Shown: in pieces, positions 22,195-29,731 of the stretch | How positions within the stretch are numbered: the first letter of the stretch is position 1 | Layout: every line of letters begins with the position of its first letter | Source: a virus | Direction: 5' to 3' (one strand) | Length of the DNA: 30,104 bases | Virus record (IMG/VR): IMGVR_UViG_3300029521_000019 | Location: 1 to 30,104 of that record | Made by a program: the position numbers and the translations under genes | The notes under the pieces: generated by a model | The model's database searches: none | What the model was told of the DNA's origin: nothing | What the model saw: the letters and a program-made list of their open reading frames with translations, nothing else

Positions 22195-24920
22195 TGATAG
22201 TACTAAAGCTTGCAGACGGTAGTACTCTACACGACGTGCGCGATAATAACCGGCAAGTAGTCGGGTATATTTCCGACGCTAAAAACGCCGTTGGTACGCT
22301 AGATTTCGACATATACCCGAAACATCCTGCTTATAACGCCATTAAGGCTGGAAGCACGAAGATACGAGCATATCGTGACGGCATGTGGACGCATGATTAC
22401 ACGGTAGAGAGCGTGACGAACGACCTGCAGCTAAAAAAGCATGTTACCGCAACGGACGAATTGCAGTACCTAGAGCGCATCGAAGTACCATCGTACAAGA
22501 CAGGCGTTGATGGCGTACCGCAGACGGTTAGCGGGTTGTTTATGTGGCTCATCGAGTACTACAACGCTCGAAGCGGTGGAGAGCGTTTCGCGTTTGGCCA
22601 GATCGAGGGCGATATCATTGATCCTACAAAGACGCTGGATCGCAGCAGCGATAGCCCGGCAACAGTGGCTAGCATCGTCAAAGATAAGATCATCGATTCG
22701 CTTGGCGGTTACGTGCGCGTGCGTCGCGTCGATGGCGTGCTTACGATTGACCTCAAGGCTGATGCTGCCGGTGTTTGCCATCAGTATATCGAGTTCGGCG
22801 AGAACCTGGTTGATTATGCCGACGAGCAGGACGCGAGCGAGCTATACACCGCGGTCACGGCCGAAAGCAAGTACAAGGACGATAATGGCGACGAGGTTAC
22901 TGTAACGTTATCAGACGCGCCCGATGGCGATTACCTTGCTGGTTATGTAAAGAAAGGTGATACGGTAACTAATACCGCAGCAGCAGCAGCATACGGAGTT
23001 CGTCGCAAGCACCTAACGTTTGACGTGGTTAAAAACGTATATACTCTTGTCGAAAATTGCGAAAAGTATATAGCAGCTCATTGCGAGCCTGTCACCACTG
23101 TTAACGTAAGCGCTGCCGACCTATCAACGCTTGATAGTAACGTCCAGTCGTTTGATGTTGGGCTTTATACGCGAGTCAAGGCTGCCCCGATGGGCTTTGA
23201 TGCGGCGTTTGAGTGCCAGGTCGCCAAGCGCAGCCTTAACGACCCCACTGAGGATAAATACACGCTGGGATGGACGTGGGGCAGCCTGTCATCGATCAAC
23301 AACCGCAAGATCGTTGAGACGGCTCTAGGCATCGGCAAGCTGGAGCAAGCAACCACAGAGATAGATCAGGCTGCTAAAGACGCGGCGCAAAAGGCGCAGA
23401 CTGCGCAGGATGTTGCGATCGCGGCAAACATAAATGCTACTGATGCAGTAACAAAAGCAGACAGCGCCAAAGAAGAAGCGACAAGCGCGAGCGATACTGC
23501 ACAACGCGCAGAAGCGATATCTGCGGAAGCAAAGCAGACCGCAACGCAAGCAAATGGGGTTGCGCAAGACGCGAGCGAAACCGCTTCGACAGCGGCAATC
23601 ACGGCGGCGCAGGCTGGCGCAACAGCTACCGAGGCAAAGCAGACAGCAACGCAAGCAGCAAGCGACCTATCGAATTATGCGACTAATACCAACCTGATGC
23701 TGAAGGATATGCAAGGCCAGATCGACGGAAGCATCACGACATGGTTCTTCGCGGTTCCTCCGACAAACGAAAACGCACCAGCTAATGAGTGGACGACAAC
23801 CGACCTCAAAAATAAACACCTTGGAGACTTGTACTACGACACCAACACCGGCTACTCGTACCGATGGCAAGTGCTCCAAAGCGTTTACTCTTGGCAGCGT
23901 ATTACCGACGTTGATGTTACCAAGGCGCTTGCTGATGCCTCTAAGGCGCAGGATACCGCAGACGCTAAGCGTCGCGTATTTTACTCGCAGCCTGTGCCGC
24001 CTTATGACAAGGGCGATCTTTGGAGCCAAGGCACAAACGGCGATATGCTCATATGCTCAACGCCTAAAACAGACGGCATGAGCTATCTCGCATCAGACTG
24101 GGACAAGGCCAGCAAGTACACAGACGATACAAAGGCTATTGAGGCCGAGGGATTAGCAGAAGAGGCAGCAAAGACAGCAACGGACTTTATCGACTTTGGA
24201 GCTGATGGGCTTATTGTCGGCGATATGACGGATGGTGCCCTTGCCGGCAACGTGCGAATCGCCTCGGACGGTATCGAGCTAAGGGACGGTACAAGCGTAC
24301 TAGCGCGCCTTAAAGCTGGATTGCTAGAGCTAGCTGCAAACTCCGTTAACGCCATTATTAAGCTGTGCGGAGGTAAAGGAATTATCGCTTATTATGCCGG
24401 CACTGATCAGCTTGCCATTATGTCGCCCGGCTCTATCGCTATGGCGGCATGCCAGACGCTACCAGACGGAACGGTGCAGCCATACGACTCCGGCGTAGCA
24501 TGCAACAAAAGCGGCGTTCTTTTGAAGGGTGCCGTGGAGGCTTCCGGCACCTTCAAGATCAACGGCAATAACATGGCAGACTACGTGGTAGCCCAGGGCA
24601 CGAGCGGCATCTGGCGGTGGCGCAAGTGGTCTTCGGGGTTGGCCGAGTGCTGGGGCAATACGTCTACTCCGACGAACACGAACCTGCCGTGGGAGGGTAT
24701 GAGATACGACGGGACGATGCGCGGAGGCCACGCCCTCCCGTTCGCCCTTACGCGGATCATACATTCAGACGTTACCATCGAAGACCCTGGCGGCGGAGCG
24801 TTCTGGCCAGGCGTGCATACGGTGTTCAAGGACAAAGCCCCGAAGTTCTTCGTACTTAGCGTCGGCAACTATTCTAGGACGATATACCTGCACTACTACG
24901 TTACCGGGACATGGAAGTGA
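22194..24920 (+). CDS. Tail-associated (Tal-like) minor structural protein / tail fibre
   Basis: The 908-aa product has an N-terminus like the phage minor structural protein N-terminal region. An Ala/Thr/Gln-rich coiled coil lies centrally (about 23330..23670), followed by a C-terminal globular domain. Confidence 0.7.
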   Translation: MIVLKLADGSTLHDVRDNNRQVVGYISDAKNAVGTLDFDIYPKHPAYNAIKAGSTKIRAYRDGMWTHDYTVESVTNDLQLKKHVTATDELQYLERIEVPSYKTGVDGVPQTVSGLFMWLIEYYNARSGGERFAFGQIEGDIIDPTKTLDRSSDSPATVASIVKDKIIDSLGGYVRVRRVDGVLTIDLKADAAGVCHQYIEFGENLVDYADEQDASELYTAVTAESKYKDDNGDEVTVTLSDAPDGDYLAGYVKKGDTVTNTAAAAAYGVRRKHLTFDVVKNVYTLVENCEKYIAAHCEPVTTVNVSAADLSTLDSNVQSFDVGLYTRVKAAPMGFDAAFECQVAKRSLNDPTEDKYTLGWTWGSLSSINNRKIVETALGIGKLEQATTEIDQAAKDAAQKAQTAQDVAIAANINATDAVTKADSAKEEATSASDTAQRAEAISAEAKQTATQANGVAQDASETASTAAITAAQAGATATEAKQTATQAASDLSNYATNTNLMLKDMQGQIDGSITTWFFAVPPTNENAPANEWTTTDLKNKHLGDLYYDTNTGYSYRWQVLQSVYSWQRITDVDVTKALADASKAQDTADAKRRVFYSQPVPPYDKGDLWSQGTNGDMLICSTPKTDGMSYLASDWDKASKYTDDTKAIEAEGLAEEAAKTATDFIDFGADGLIVGDMTDGALAGNVRIASDGIELRDGTSVLARLKAGLLELAANSVNAIIKLCGGKGIIAYYAGTDQLAIMSPGSIAMAACQTLPDGTVQPYDSGVACNKSGVLLKGAVEASGTFKINGNNMADYVVAQGTSGIWRWRKWSSGLAECWGNTSTPTNTNLPWEGMRYDGTMRGGHALPFALTRIIHSDVTIEDPGGGAFWPGVHTVFKDKAPKFFVLSVGNYSRTIYLHYYVTGTWK

Positions 24921-24964
24921 TACTTGCCGCACGGTGCGAAAGAAGGTAGAACGCATATTAGAAA

Positions 24965-24973
24965 TGCTATAAT
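24965..24973 (+). promoter_or_regulatory. Candidate extended -10 promoter TGCTATAAT
   Basis: A perfect TGnTATAAT lies 45 nt after the Tal stop. No -35 is present. Confidence 0.4.
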
Positions 24974-24979
24974 GGTACT

Positions 24980-25040
24980 TGTGAGGTAACAATACCTCAT
25001 ACACCCCTGCTAAAGAGTCGGCAAAACGTCGGCTCTTTTT
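24980..25040 (+). ncRNA. Candidate ~60-nt sRNA (RNA-A): 5' hairpin, C-rich linker, terminator
   Basis: The hairpin is TGAGGTA-ACAA-TACCTCA (24982..24999), the linker is ACACCCCTGCTAA, and the terminator is at 25012..25040. It is antisense to the 3' end of the minus-strand micro-ORF. This is a prediction only. Confidence 0.3.
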
Positions 25041-25111
25041 GCTACAACAGCAAGCACAGCAGCACGGATGCTTGCAAAAAGATATGACTTATGCGATAAT
25101 GCAATAACCAT
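25010..25111 (-). CDS. Candidate 33-aa micro-ORF, the only supported minus-strand ORF in the window
   Basis: MVIALSHKSYLFASIRAAVLAVVAKRADVLPTL. The ATG is preceded by the extended SD GGGAAAGGAGTGAAC at optimal spacing. No convincing minus-strand promoter was found. Confidence 0.3.
   Translation of the reverse strand: MVIALSHKSYLFASIRAAVLAVVAKRADVLPTL
25012..25040 (+). terminator. Rho-independent terminator (end of the late operon)
   Basis: GAGTCGGC / GTCGGCTC form an 8-bp stem with two G-U pairs and loop AAAAC, followed by TTTTT. Confidence 0.7.
25072..25100 (+). promoter_or_regulatory. Candidate promoter TTGCAA-N17-GATAAT with a TG extension (TGCGATAAT)
   Basis: The -35 is at 25072..25077, the TGn at 25092..25094 and the -10 at 25095..25100. 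Confidence 0.5.
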
Positions 25112-25172
25112 GTTCACTCCTTTCCCTCATGGTTCCTTTCGGAAAAGCCCCTGCTAACGCGGGGGCTTTTGC
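25106..25172 (+). ncRNA. Candidate ~65-nt sRNA (RNA-B) carrying anti-SD-like sequences
   Basis: The 5' hairpin is AACCATG / CATGGTT (25106..25112 and 25128..25134) with loop TTCACTCCTTTCCCT. GGTTCCTTTCGG follows, then the terminator at 25143..25172. It is antisense to the SD and start of the minus-strand micro-ORF. This is a prediction only. Confidence 0.35.
25143..25172. terminator. Bidirectional-looking terminator hairpin (A-tract, 9-bp GC-rich stem, T-tract)
   Basis: AAAAGCCCCTGC-TAAC-GCGGGGGCTTTT. Confidence 0.8.
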
Positions 25173-25196
25173 TTTATAATGCATGGAGGAGGTAAT

Positions 25197-25490
25197 ATGA
25201 CATCTTGTTTGGAAAATTGTTCAACCCATTCTGCCCACCAGAGGGCGATTGCACAGCATGACAAACGCCTTGATGCACACGGTGATGAGATTGATAACCT
25301 TCGCGAGTGCGTGGTGCGCCTCACGTCCCTGCAGGAATCAAACGCTAAGTGGAAGGATGTTGCAGAGGAGCGAATCGCTGCCTTGGAAGCCGCTCCATCA
25401 AAACGCTGGGACAACCTTGTCAACTACGTGGTTACTGCCATTGTAGCGTTGGTAATCGGTATGGTCGCCGGACAAATAGGACTCAACTAG
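25197..25490 (+). CDS. XhlA-like lysis-associated membrane protein (putative)
   Basis: ATG 25197 follows GGAGGAGG. An N-terminal coiled coil (HDKRLDAHGDEIDNLRE) is followed by a single C-terminal TM segment (NYVVTAIVALVIGMVAGQIG). It lies upstream of the holin and amidase, as in PBSX-type cassettes. Confidence 0.5.
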   Translation: MTSCLENCSTHSAHQRAIAQHDKRLDAHGDEIDNLRECVVRLTSLQESNAKWKDVAEERIAALEAAPSKRWDNLVNYVVTAIVALVIGMVAGQIGLN

Positions 25491-25502
25491 AGAGGATCAA
25501 AC

Positions 25503-25715
25503 ATGATCGACAAAGCAACAGACGCATTTATCGAGTGGTGCGCAAGGGATACGGCATCGGCGCGCTTCCAGCGCTCGATTGTCCAGGGCGTTATCGGTGT
25601 GGCGGTTGGCGGGTTGACTACCGGCGAATGGACTGGCGCGGTTGTTGTCGGCCTTGTGATGGCCGTTATCGCACCGGTACAAAAAGCAATCGGCAACAAA
25701 GGGGAGGTAGAATAG
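25503..25715 (+). CDS. Holin (putative)
   Basis: The 70-aa product has two hydrophobic segments (VIGVAVGGL, AVVVGLVMAVIAP) and a charged C-terminus. It lies immediately upstream of the endolysin. Confidence 0.65.
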   Translation: MIDKATDAFIEWCARDTASARFQRSIVQGVIGVAVGGLTTGEWTGAVVVGLVMAVIAPVQKAIGNKGEVE

Positions 25716-26693
25716 ATGGACTGGGAAGGCTTGAACGCAGACGTGGAGATGATCCTGCCGCGCAATTTCACCAGCGGCAGGTACGGCTCGATCCAGGCGG
25801 TCACGATCCACCACATGGCGGGCGACCTGAGCATCGAGGACTGCTACAGGACGTGGCTCAACAGCTCGACTTCCGCCCACTACGCCGTGCAGTCGGACGG
25901 CACGGTCGGTCAGCTCGTAAACGACTGGGACACCGCCTGGGCGTGCGGAAACGACTGGGCGAACCCCAACACGATCAGCGTCGAGCACGCCAACGACGGC
26001 AGCTGGCCGTGGACGGTCGGCGAGGCGGCGCTGGACGCGGGGGCGCACCTCGTGGCTGCCATCTGCCGAAAGTACGGGCTCGGCCGCCCGGAGTGGATGG
26101 TGAACGTGTTCCCGCACAGCCACTGGTCGGCGACGCTCTGCCCCGGCGAGCTGGCCGGGTCGCAGAACGCGGAGTACATGCGCCGCGCAGGCGAGTGGTA
26201 CGACAGGATGGCTGGTGCGTCCGGCGAATGGGTGCGCGACGGGAAGGGCTGGTGGTACAGGCGCGCCGACGGCTCATGGCCGGCAGGAGAATGGCTCGCG
26301 CTCGACGCGTGGTACCGCTTCGGTGCTGACGGCTACGCCCTCACAGGATGGCAGCTGGTCGACGGCAAGTGGTACCTGTTCGGCGACGACTGCCGCATGC
26401 TAACCGGCTGGCAGAGCGTCGGGGAAAAGTGGTACTACCTGACCGGCTCCGGCGCGATGGCCACTGGTTGGGCGGATGTTGACGGAACGTGGTACTACCT
26501 CGACGAGTCTGGCGCGATGCAGACCGGATGGCTGCTCGACGGCGGCAAGTGGTACTGGCTCGACGAGTCGGGGGCGATGGCGCGCTCGACGTGCCGGAGC
26601 ATCGGCGGCAAGTGGTACGCCTTCGGATCGTCCGGCGCGATGATCTCCGGCAATGTGCCGACCGGCTCCGGCGGTGACATGGAGCTTGGGTAG
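25716..26693 (+). CDS. Endolysin: N-acetylmuramoyl-L-alanine amidase (Amidase_2/PGRP type) plus C-terminal cell-wall-binding repeats
   Basis: VTIHHMAG, SAHYAV and HSHWSATLCPG match amidase_2 zinc and active-site motifs. About six GW..DGKWYY..ESGAM.TGW repeats of the CW_binding_1 / choline-binding type follow. The gene is markedly GC-rich. Confidence 0.9.
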   Translation: MDWEGLNADVEMILPRNFTSGRYGSIQAVTIHHMAGDLSIEDCYRTWLNSSTSAHYAVQSDGTVGQLVNDWDTAWACGNDWANPNTISVEHANDGSWPWTVGEAALDAGAHLVAAICRKYGLGRPEWMVNVFPHSHWSATLCPGELAGSQNAEYMRRAGEWYDRMAGASGEWVRDGKGWWYRRADGSWPAGEWLALDAWYRFGADGYALTGWQLVDGKWYLFGDDCRMLTGWQSVGEKWYYLTGSGAMATGWADVDGTWYYLDESGAMQTGWLLDGGKWYWLDESGAMARSTCRSIGGKWYAFGSSGAMISGNVPTGSGGDMELG

Positions 26694-26756
26694 CCGGCAG
26701 TTGCCGTGCCAATCCGTGCTATAACTGCCAGCTCGTTCGGATGTTCTTCAACTTAG

Positions 26757-26784
26757 GATCGGTCTTTTATGGCCGATCTTTTTT
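26757..26784 (+). terminator. Rho-independent terminator after the lysis cassette
   Basis: GATCGGTC / GGCCGATC form the stem (one G-U pair), followed by TTTTTT. Confidence 0.7.
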
Positions 26785-26785
26785 A

Positions 26786-26813
26786 TTGCGTTAATCTAAA
26801 ATAATGCTATAAT
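26786..26813 (+). promoter_or_regulatory. Candidate promoter TTGCGT-N16-TATAAT with a TG extension (TGCTATAAT)
   Basis: The -35 is at 26786..26791 and the -10 at 26808..26813. It lies upstream of recT. Confidence 0.5.
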
Positions 26814-26846
26814 TATATACAGTTACAATCCGACGAAAGGAACACT

Positions 26847-27692
26847 ATGAATGAGATCGTAAAAATCAAGGACGACCGCGGGCAAGAACTTCAGATAACG
26901 CCAGACGACGTGCGAAACGTACTCTGTCCTTCTGCTAACGACAAAGAAATATCCATGTTCCTCGAATTGTGCCGTGCGCAGAACCTCAACCCGTTCATCA
27001 AAGATGCGTACCTCGTGAAGTACGGTAGCAACCCAGCAACGATTATCACCGGCAAGGAAGTGTTCACCAAGCGAGCAGCCAAGAACAAGAGTTACAAAGG
27101 GTTTGAGGCGGGCATTACGGTACAGCGCGGAAACAGCATCGAGCGCCGCGAAGGCAGCGCTGTATTCGATGGGGAAAAGCTATTAGGAGGTTGGGCGCGA
27201 GTACACGTTGATGGTAAGCATCCGTTTTTTGACGAGGTGGCGTTTAGCGAGTATTCGAGCGGAAAAAGCAACTGGGCGACCAAGCCAGGAACCATGATCC
27301 GCAAGGTAGCACTAGTCCACGCTCTCCGCGAAGCGTTCCCGGATGATTTCCAGGGGCTTTACAGCGCCGAGGAAATGGCGCAAGACACGCCGCAAGAGCC
27401 GCAAGAACAATCCTCGCAGCCCATTGAAGTCGAACCTGAACAAGTTATCGAACGCGACGAAAACATACATGCAGAATACGTAAAGGCTACTCGTGATGCC
27501 GTTGAGGCAGGAATTAAGCGCGAAGGTATCATGTCATGGTTTGAATCGCGGTTTGGCCATGAAATGGGGCATATTAACGATGCCGAAAAGCTTGCAACTA
27601 TCGAATGGTGCAAAGCACGAACGGCTGAAGCTAACGAGCTAAGCATCAATCCGCAAGAGCCTGTTCTTATGGATGATGATATAGCGTTTTAG
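26847..27692 (+). CDS. recT: RecT/Bet-family single-strand annealing recombinase
   Basis: LNPFIKDAYLVKYG, NWATKPGTMIRKVALVHALREAFPDDFQGLYSAEEM is the conserved RecT/Bet signature. The RBS is CGAAAGGAAC. Confidence 0.85.
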   Translation: MNEIVKIKDDRGQELQITPDDVRNVLCPSANDKEISMFLELCRAQNLNPFIKDAYLVKYGSNPATIITGKEVFTKRAAKNKSYKGFEAGITVQRGNSIERREGSAVFDGEKLLGGWARVHVDGKHPFFDEVAFSEYSSGKSNWATKPGTMIRKVALVHALREAFPDDFQGLYSAEEMAQDTPQEPQEQSSQPIEVEPEQVIERDENIHAEYVKATRDAVEAGIKREGIMSWFESRFGHEMGHINDAEKLATIEWCKARTAEANELSINPQEPVLMDDDIAF

Positions 27693-27720
27693 TTTTACAA
27701 AATAATAAAACTTTTTATAA

Positions 27721-27743
27721 ACCTCCGAATTTCGGGGGTTTTT
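27721..27743 (+). terminator. Rho-independent terminator
   Basis: CCTCCG / CGGGGG form the stem (one G-U pair), followed by TTTTT. Confidence 0.75.
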
Positions 27744-27745
27744 AC

Positions 27746-27782
27746 TTTACAGCACTAACAACTATGTATATAATAATATACA
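27746..27782 (+). promoter_or_regulatory. Promoter TTTACA-17-TATAAT overlapped by the 18-bp palindrome TGTATATAATAATATACA
   Basis: The -35 is at 27746..27751, the -10 at 27769..27774 and the palindrome at 27765..27782 (7-bp arms, 4-bp spacer). The palindrome is identical to 29683..29700. Confidence 0.65.
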
Positions 27783-27810
27783 TAAGGTAAGGCAAACGAA
27801 AGGAACGATC

Positions 27811-28677
27811 ATGGAAGCAACCATCATCGAGAACGAACTTGCAAGCGTTACAAGCGCGATAAGCATTGACCAGGACGCAATCGCCGATGCGCTAAAACGC
27901 ATGACCGCCGTCATCGACGAGAGCGAAAATCTATGCGAAGAATGCGAAGTTGACGGTGAAACGCTGGCGAGCATGGAGACTGCAGACGTAAAGCGGTTGC
28001 AGCAGGCGCTGAACGCGAAGATCACCGAAGGCAAGACGGCTCTAACCGATTTTAACCGCGTGTTCGATGCTCCTAAGAAAACCGTAAAGGCAGCGTATGA
28101 CAAGGCCGTAGAACCGCTTACAGCGCTTCAAGCGGCGTACAAGGCTCAACAGGTCGCAAACGAGCAACGCGAGAAAGACGAGAAGCGAGCGCAGCTGGAG
28201 GCTCATTTTTACGAGTATGCCGGCGTGCTTGATCATGTTGCGAATTACGATCAGGTGCATGACGATAAATGGCTGAACAAAGGGTGCGCGCTATCTAAAG
28301 CATTCGGCGAAATCGAAACTATTGTTGACGGCATCGCGAAAAGCTGGCAAACGCTAAAGACGCTCGACCTGCCAATGTTCGACGTTGCCGAACGAACGTT
28401 TTTTACCACCTTCGACCTTGACGCAGCAATAAGCGCGGCGAACCAAGCGCAGGCAGATCATGAGCGCATCGAAGCTCTAAAAGCAGAGCAAGCCGATATG
28501 ATGCAGCAGCGCGAAGAGGAAAAGCATGAGCAAGAGCCTGAACAAGAGCAGCCTAGCGTCAACGACGAGCCTCGCGCCGCTACGGTTGTTATCGAAGCGG
28601 CTACGCTGGAACAGTTGAAGCAACTCGCCGAATCTATGCGCAATATCGGGCTACACGGCACTATTAAGAGAGGGTAG
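27811..28677 (+). CDS. DUF1351-like recombination-module protein (function unknown)
   Basis: The 288-aa acidic coiled-coil-rich protein lies next to RecT and SSB, the usual context of DUF1351-type genes in Gram-positive siphophages. The RBS is CGAAAGGAAC. Confidence 0.45.
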   Translation: MEATIIENELASVTSAISIDQDAIADALKRMTAVIDESENLCEECEVDGETLASMETADVKRLQQALNAKITEGKTALTDFNRVFDAPKKTVKAAYDKAVEPLTALQAAYKAQQVANEQREKDEKRAQLEAHFYEYAGVLDHVANYDQVHDDKWLNKGCALSKAFGEIETIVDGIAKSWQTLKTLDLPMFDVAERTFFTTFDLDAAISAANQAQADHERIEALKAEQADMMQQREEEKHEQEPEQEQPSVNDEPRAATVVIEAATLEQLKQLAESMRNIGLHGTIKRG

Positions 28678-28681
28678 GAAA

Positions 28682-28870
28682 ATGGCTGGAATTGATTGCG
28701 GATATGCCGCAGACGCAGAATCTTTTGTAAAGTCGTGGTTTTCGCCAACCAGGAAAGGAGAGACGACGAGAAAATGCGAGAATTGCGGTGCGGAATATAT
28801 TCCCCGATCGAGGAACCAAAAGTATTGCACGACGAAATGTAAGGACGCTAAAAGGAGGGCATCATTATGA
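28682..28870 (+). CDS. Small zinc-ribbon protein
   Basis: KCENCGAEYIPRSRNQKYCTTKCKDAKRR has CxxC...CxxxC followed by a basic tail. Its end overlaps the ssb start. Confidence 0.5.
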   Translation: MAGIDCGYAADAESFVKSWFSPTRKGETTRKCENCGAEYIPRSRNQKYCTTKCKDAKRRASL

Positions 28871-29316
28871 GCATTAACCGAGTAATCATCAGCGGGAATC
28901 TAACGAGGGATGTTGAGCTGAGGTCGACTGCGAGCGGGCTTCCGGTTCTTTGCTTCGGCGTGGCCGTGAACGATCGCCGCAAGAACCAGCAGAGCGGCGA
29001 GTGGGAAGATTACGTTAATTTCATCGATTGCACCATGTTCGGCGCGCGTGCTGAGAGCGTGTCGCGATTCTTGGACAAGGGCGCGAAGGTGTCTATCGAA
29101 GGTAAGCTGCGCTGGAGCCAATGGGAACGCGACGGACAGAAGCGCAGCAAGATAGACGTGATTGTAGATGAGCTTGAGTTCATGTCGAGCCGCAACAATT
29201 CGTCGTCATACGGCGGCGGTCGCACGGGCGGCTACTCCGCTCAGGCGGCAGTTCCTATGGCTGCTCCGGTGGTTGATGCTTCTTCTTCGATCTACGACGA
29301 AGACTTGCCATTTTAA
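28867..29316 (+). CDS. ssb: Single-stranded DNA-binding protein
   Basis: The OB-fold N-terminus (NRVIISGNLTRDVELR...GKLRWSQWE) is followed by a Gly-rich linker and the acidic tip DEDLPF. Confidence 0.9.
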   Translation: MSINRVIISGNLTRDVELRSTASGLPVLCFGVAVNDRRKNQQSGEWEDYVNFIDCTMFGARAESVSRFLDKGAKVSIEGKLRWSQWERDGQKRSKIDVIVDELEFMSSRNNSSSYGGGRTGGYSAQAAVPMAAPVVDASSSIYDEDLPF

Positions 29317-29325
29317 GGAGTAAAC

Positions 29326-29619
29326 ATGGAGCCTACTCAATTGCTCAAGAAGTCTATAATCTGGGTAAACAATAATCGTGATGCCTACTATCAGATCGAG
29401 CGTCAATGTATGATCATGAGGTGCGACAACCGCGTACCACGCGTTAAGCATGCAGCGGAGATCGTGCGAGGCAATGGCGTTGCTGTAAATAATAGCGCAC
29501 TAGCTTTTGTGGCTCGCCTGATAGAGCACAATACCGGTGTTAGATCATGGACGGCAAAAAGTAAGATAGACGACCTGCTTACAGAAGATTTTTGGAAAGC
29601 CTGGGACATAAAGCACTAA
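29326..29619 (+). CDS. Hypothetical protein
   Basis: The 97-aa ORF has an AAGGAG RBS and was not recognised. It is the last gene before the terminator. Confidence 0.5.
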   Translation: MEPTQLLKKSIIWVNNNRDAYYQIERQCMIMRCDNRVPRVKHAAEIVRGNGVAVNNSALAFVARLIEHNTGVRSWTAKSKIDDLLTEDFWKAWDIKH

Positions 29620-29624
29620 CAACT

Positions 29625-29653
29625 TACCCGCATTAACGTGCGGGTATTTTTTT
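29625..29653 (+). terminator. Rho-independent terminator
   Basis: TACCCGCA / TGCGGGTA form an 8-bp stem with loop TTAACG, followed by T7. Confidence 0.8.
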
Positions 29654-29663
29654 ATATTTCTTC

Positions 29664-29700
29664 TTGACACCTTAGATTAACGTGTATATAATAATATACA
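29664..29700 (+). promoter_or_regulatory. Promoter TTGACA-17-TATAAT overlapped by the 18-bp palindrome TGTATATAATAATATACA
   Basis: The consensus -35 is at 29664..29669, the -10 at 29687..29692 and the palindrome at 29683..29700. Confidence 0.7.
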
Positions 29701-29731
29701 TGCAGTAAACAACAAACAGAAAGGAACTAAA

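Noticed and set aside
25349-26329. A 326-aa Arg/Gly-rich ORF and several other long ORFs on both strands overlapping the endolysin (for example 25497..26123 -, 26341..26712 -, 25975..26277 -)
   Set aside because: These are typical open-frame artefacts of a very GC-rich segment. Their composition is low-complexity (Arg/Pro/Gly), they lack RBSs, and the endolysin frame has clear amidase and cell-wall-binding motifs.
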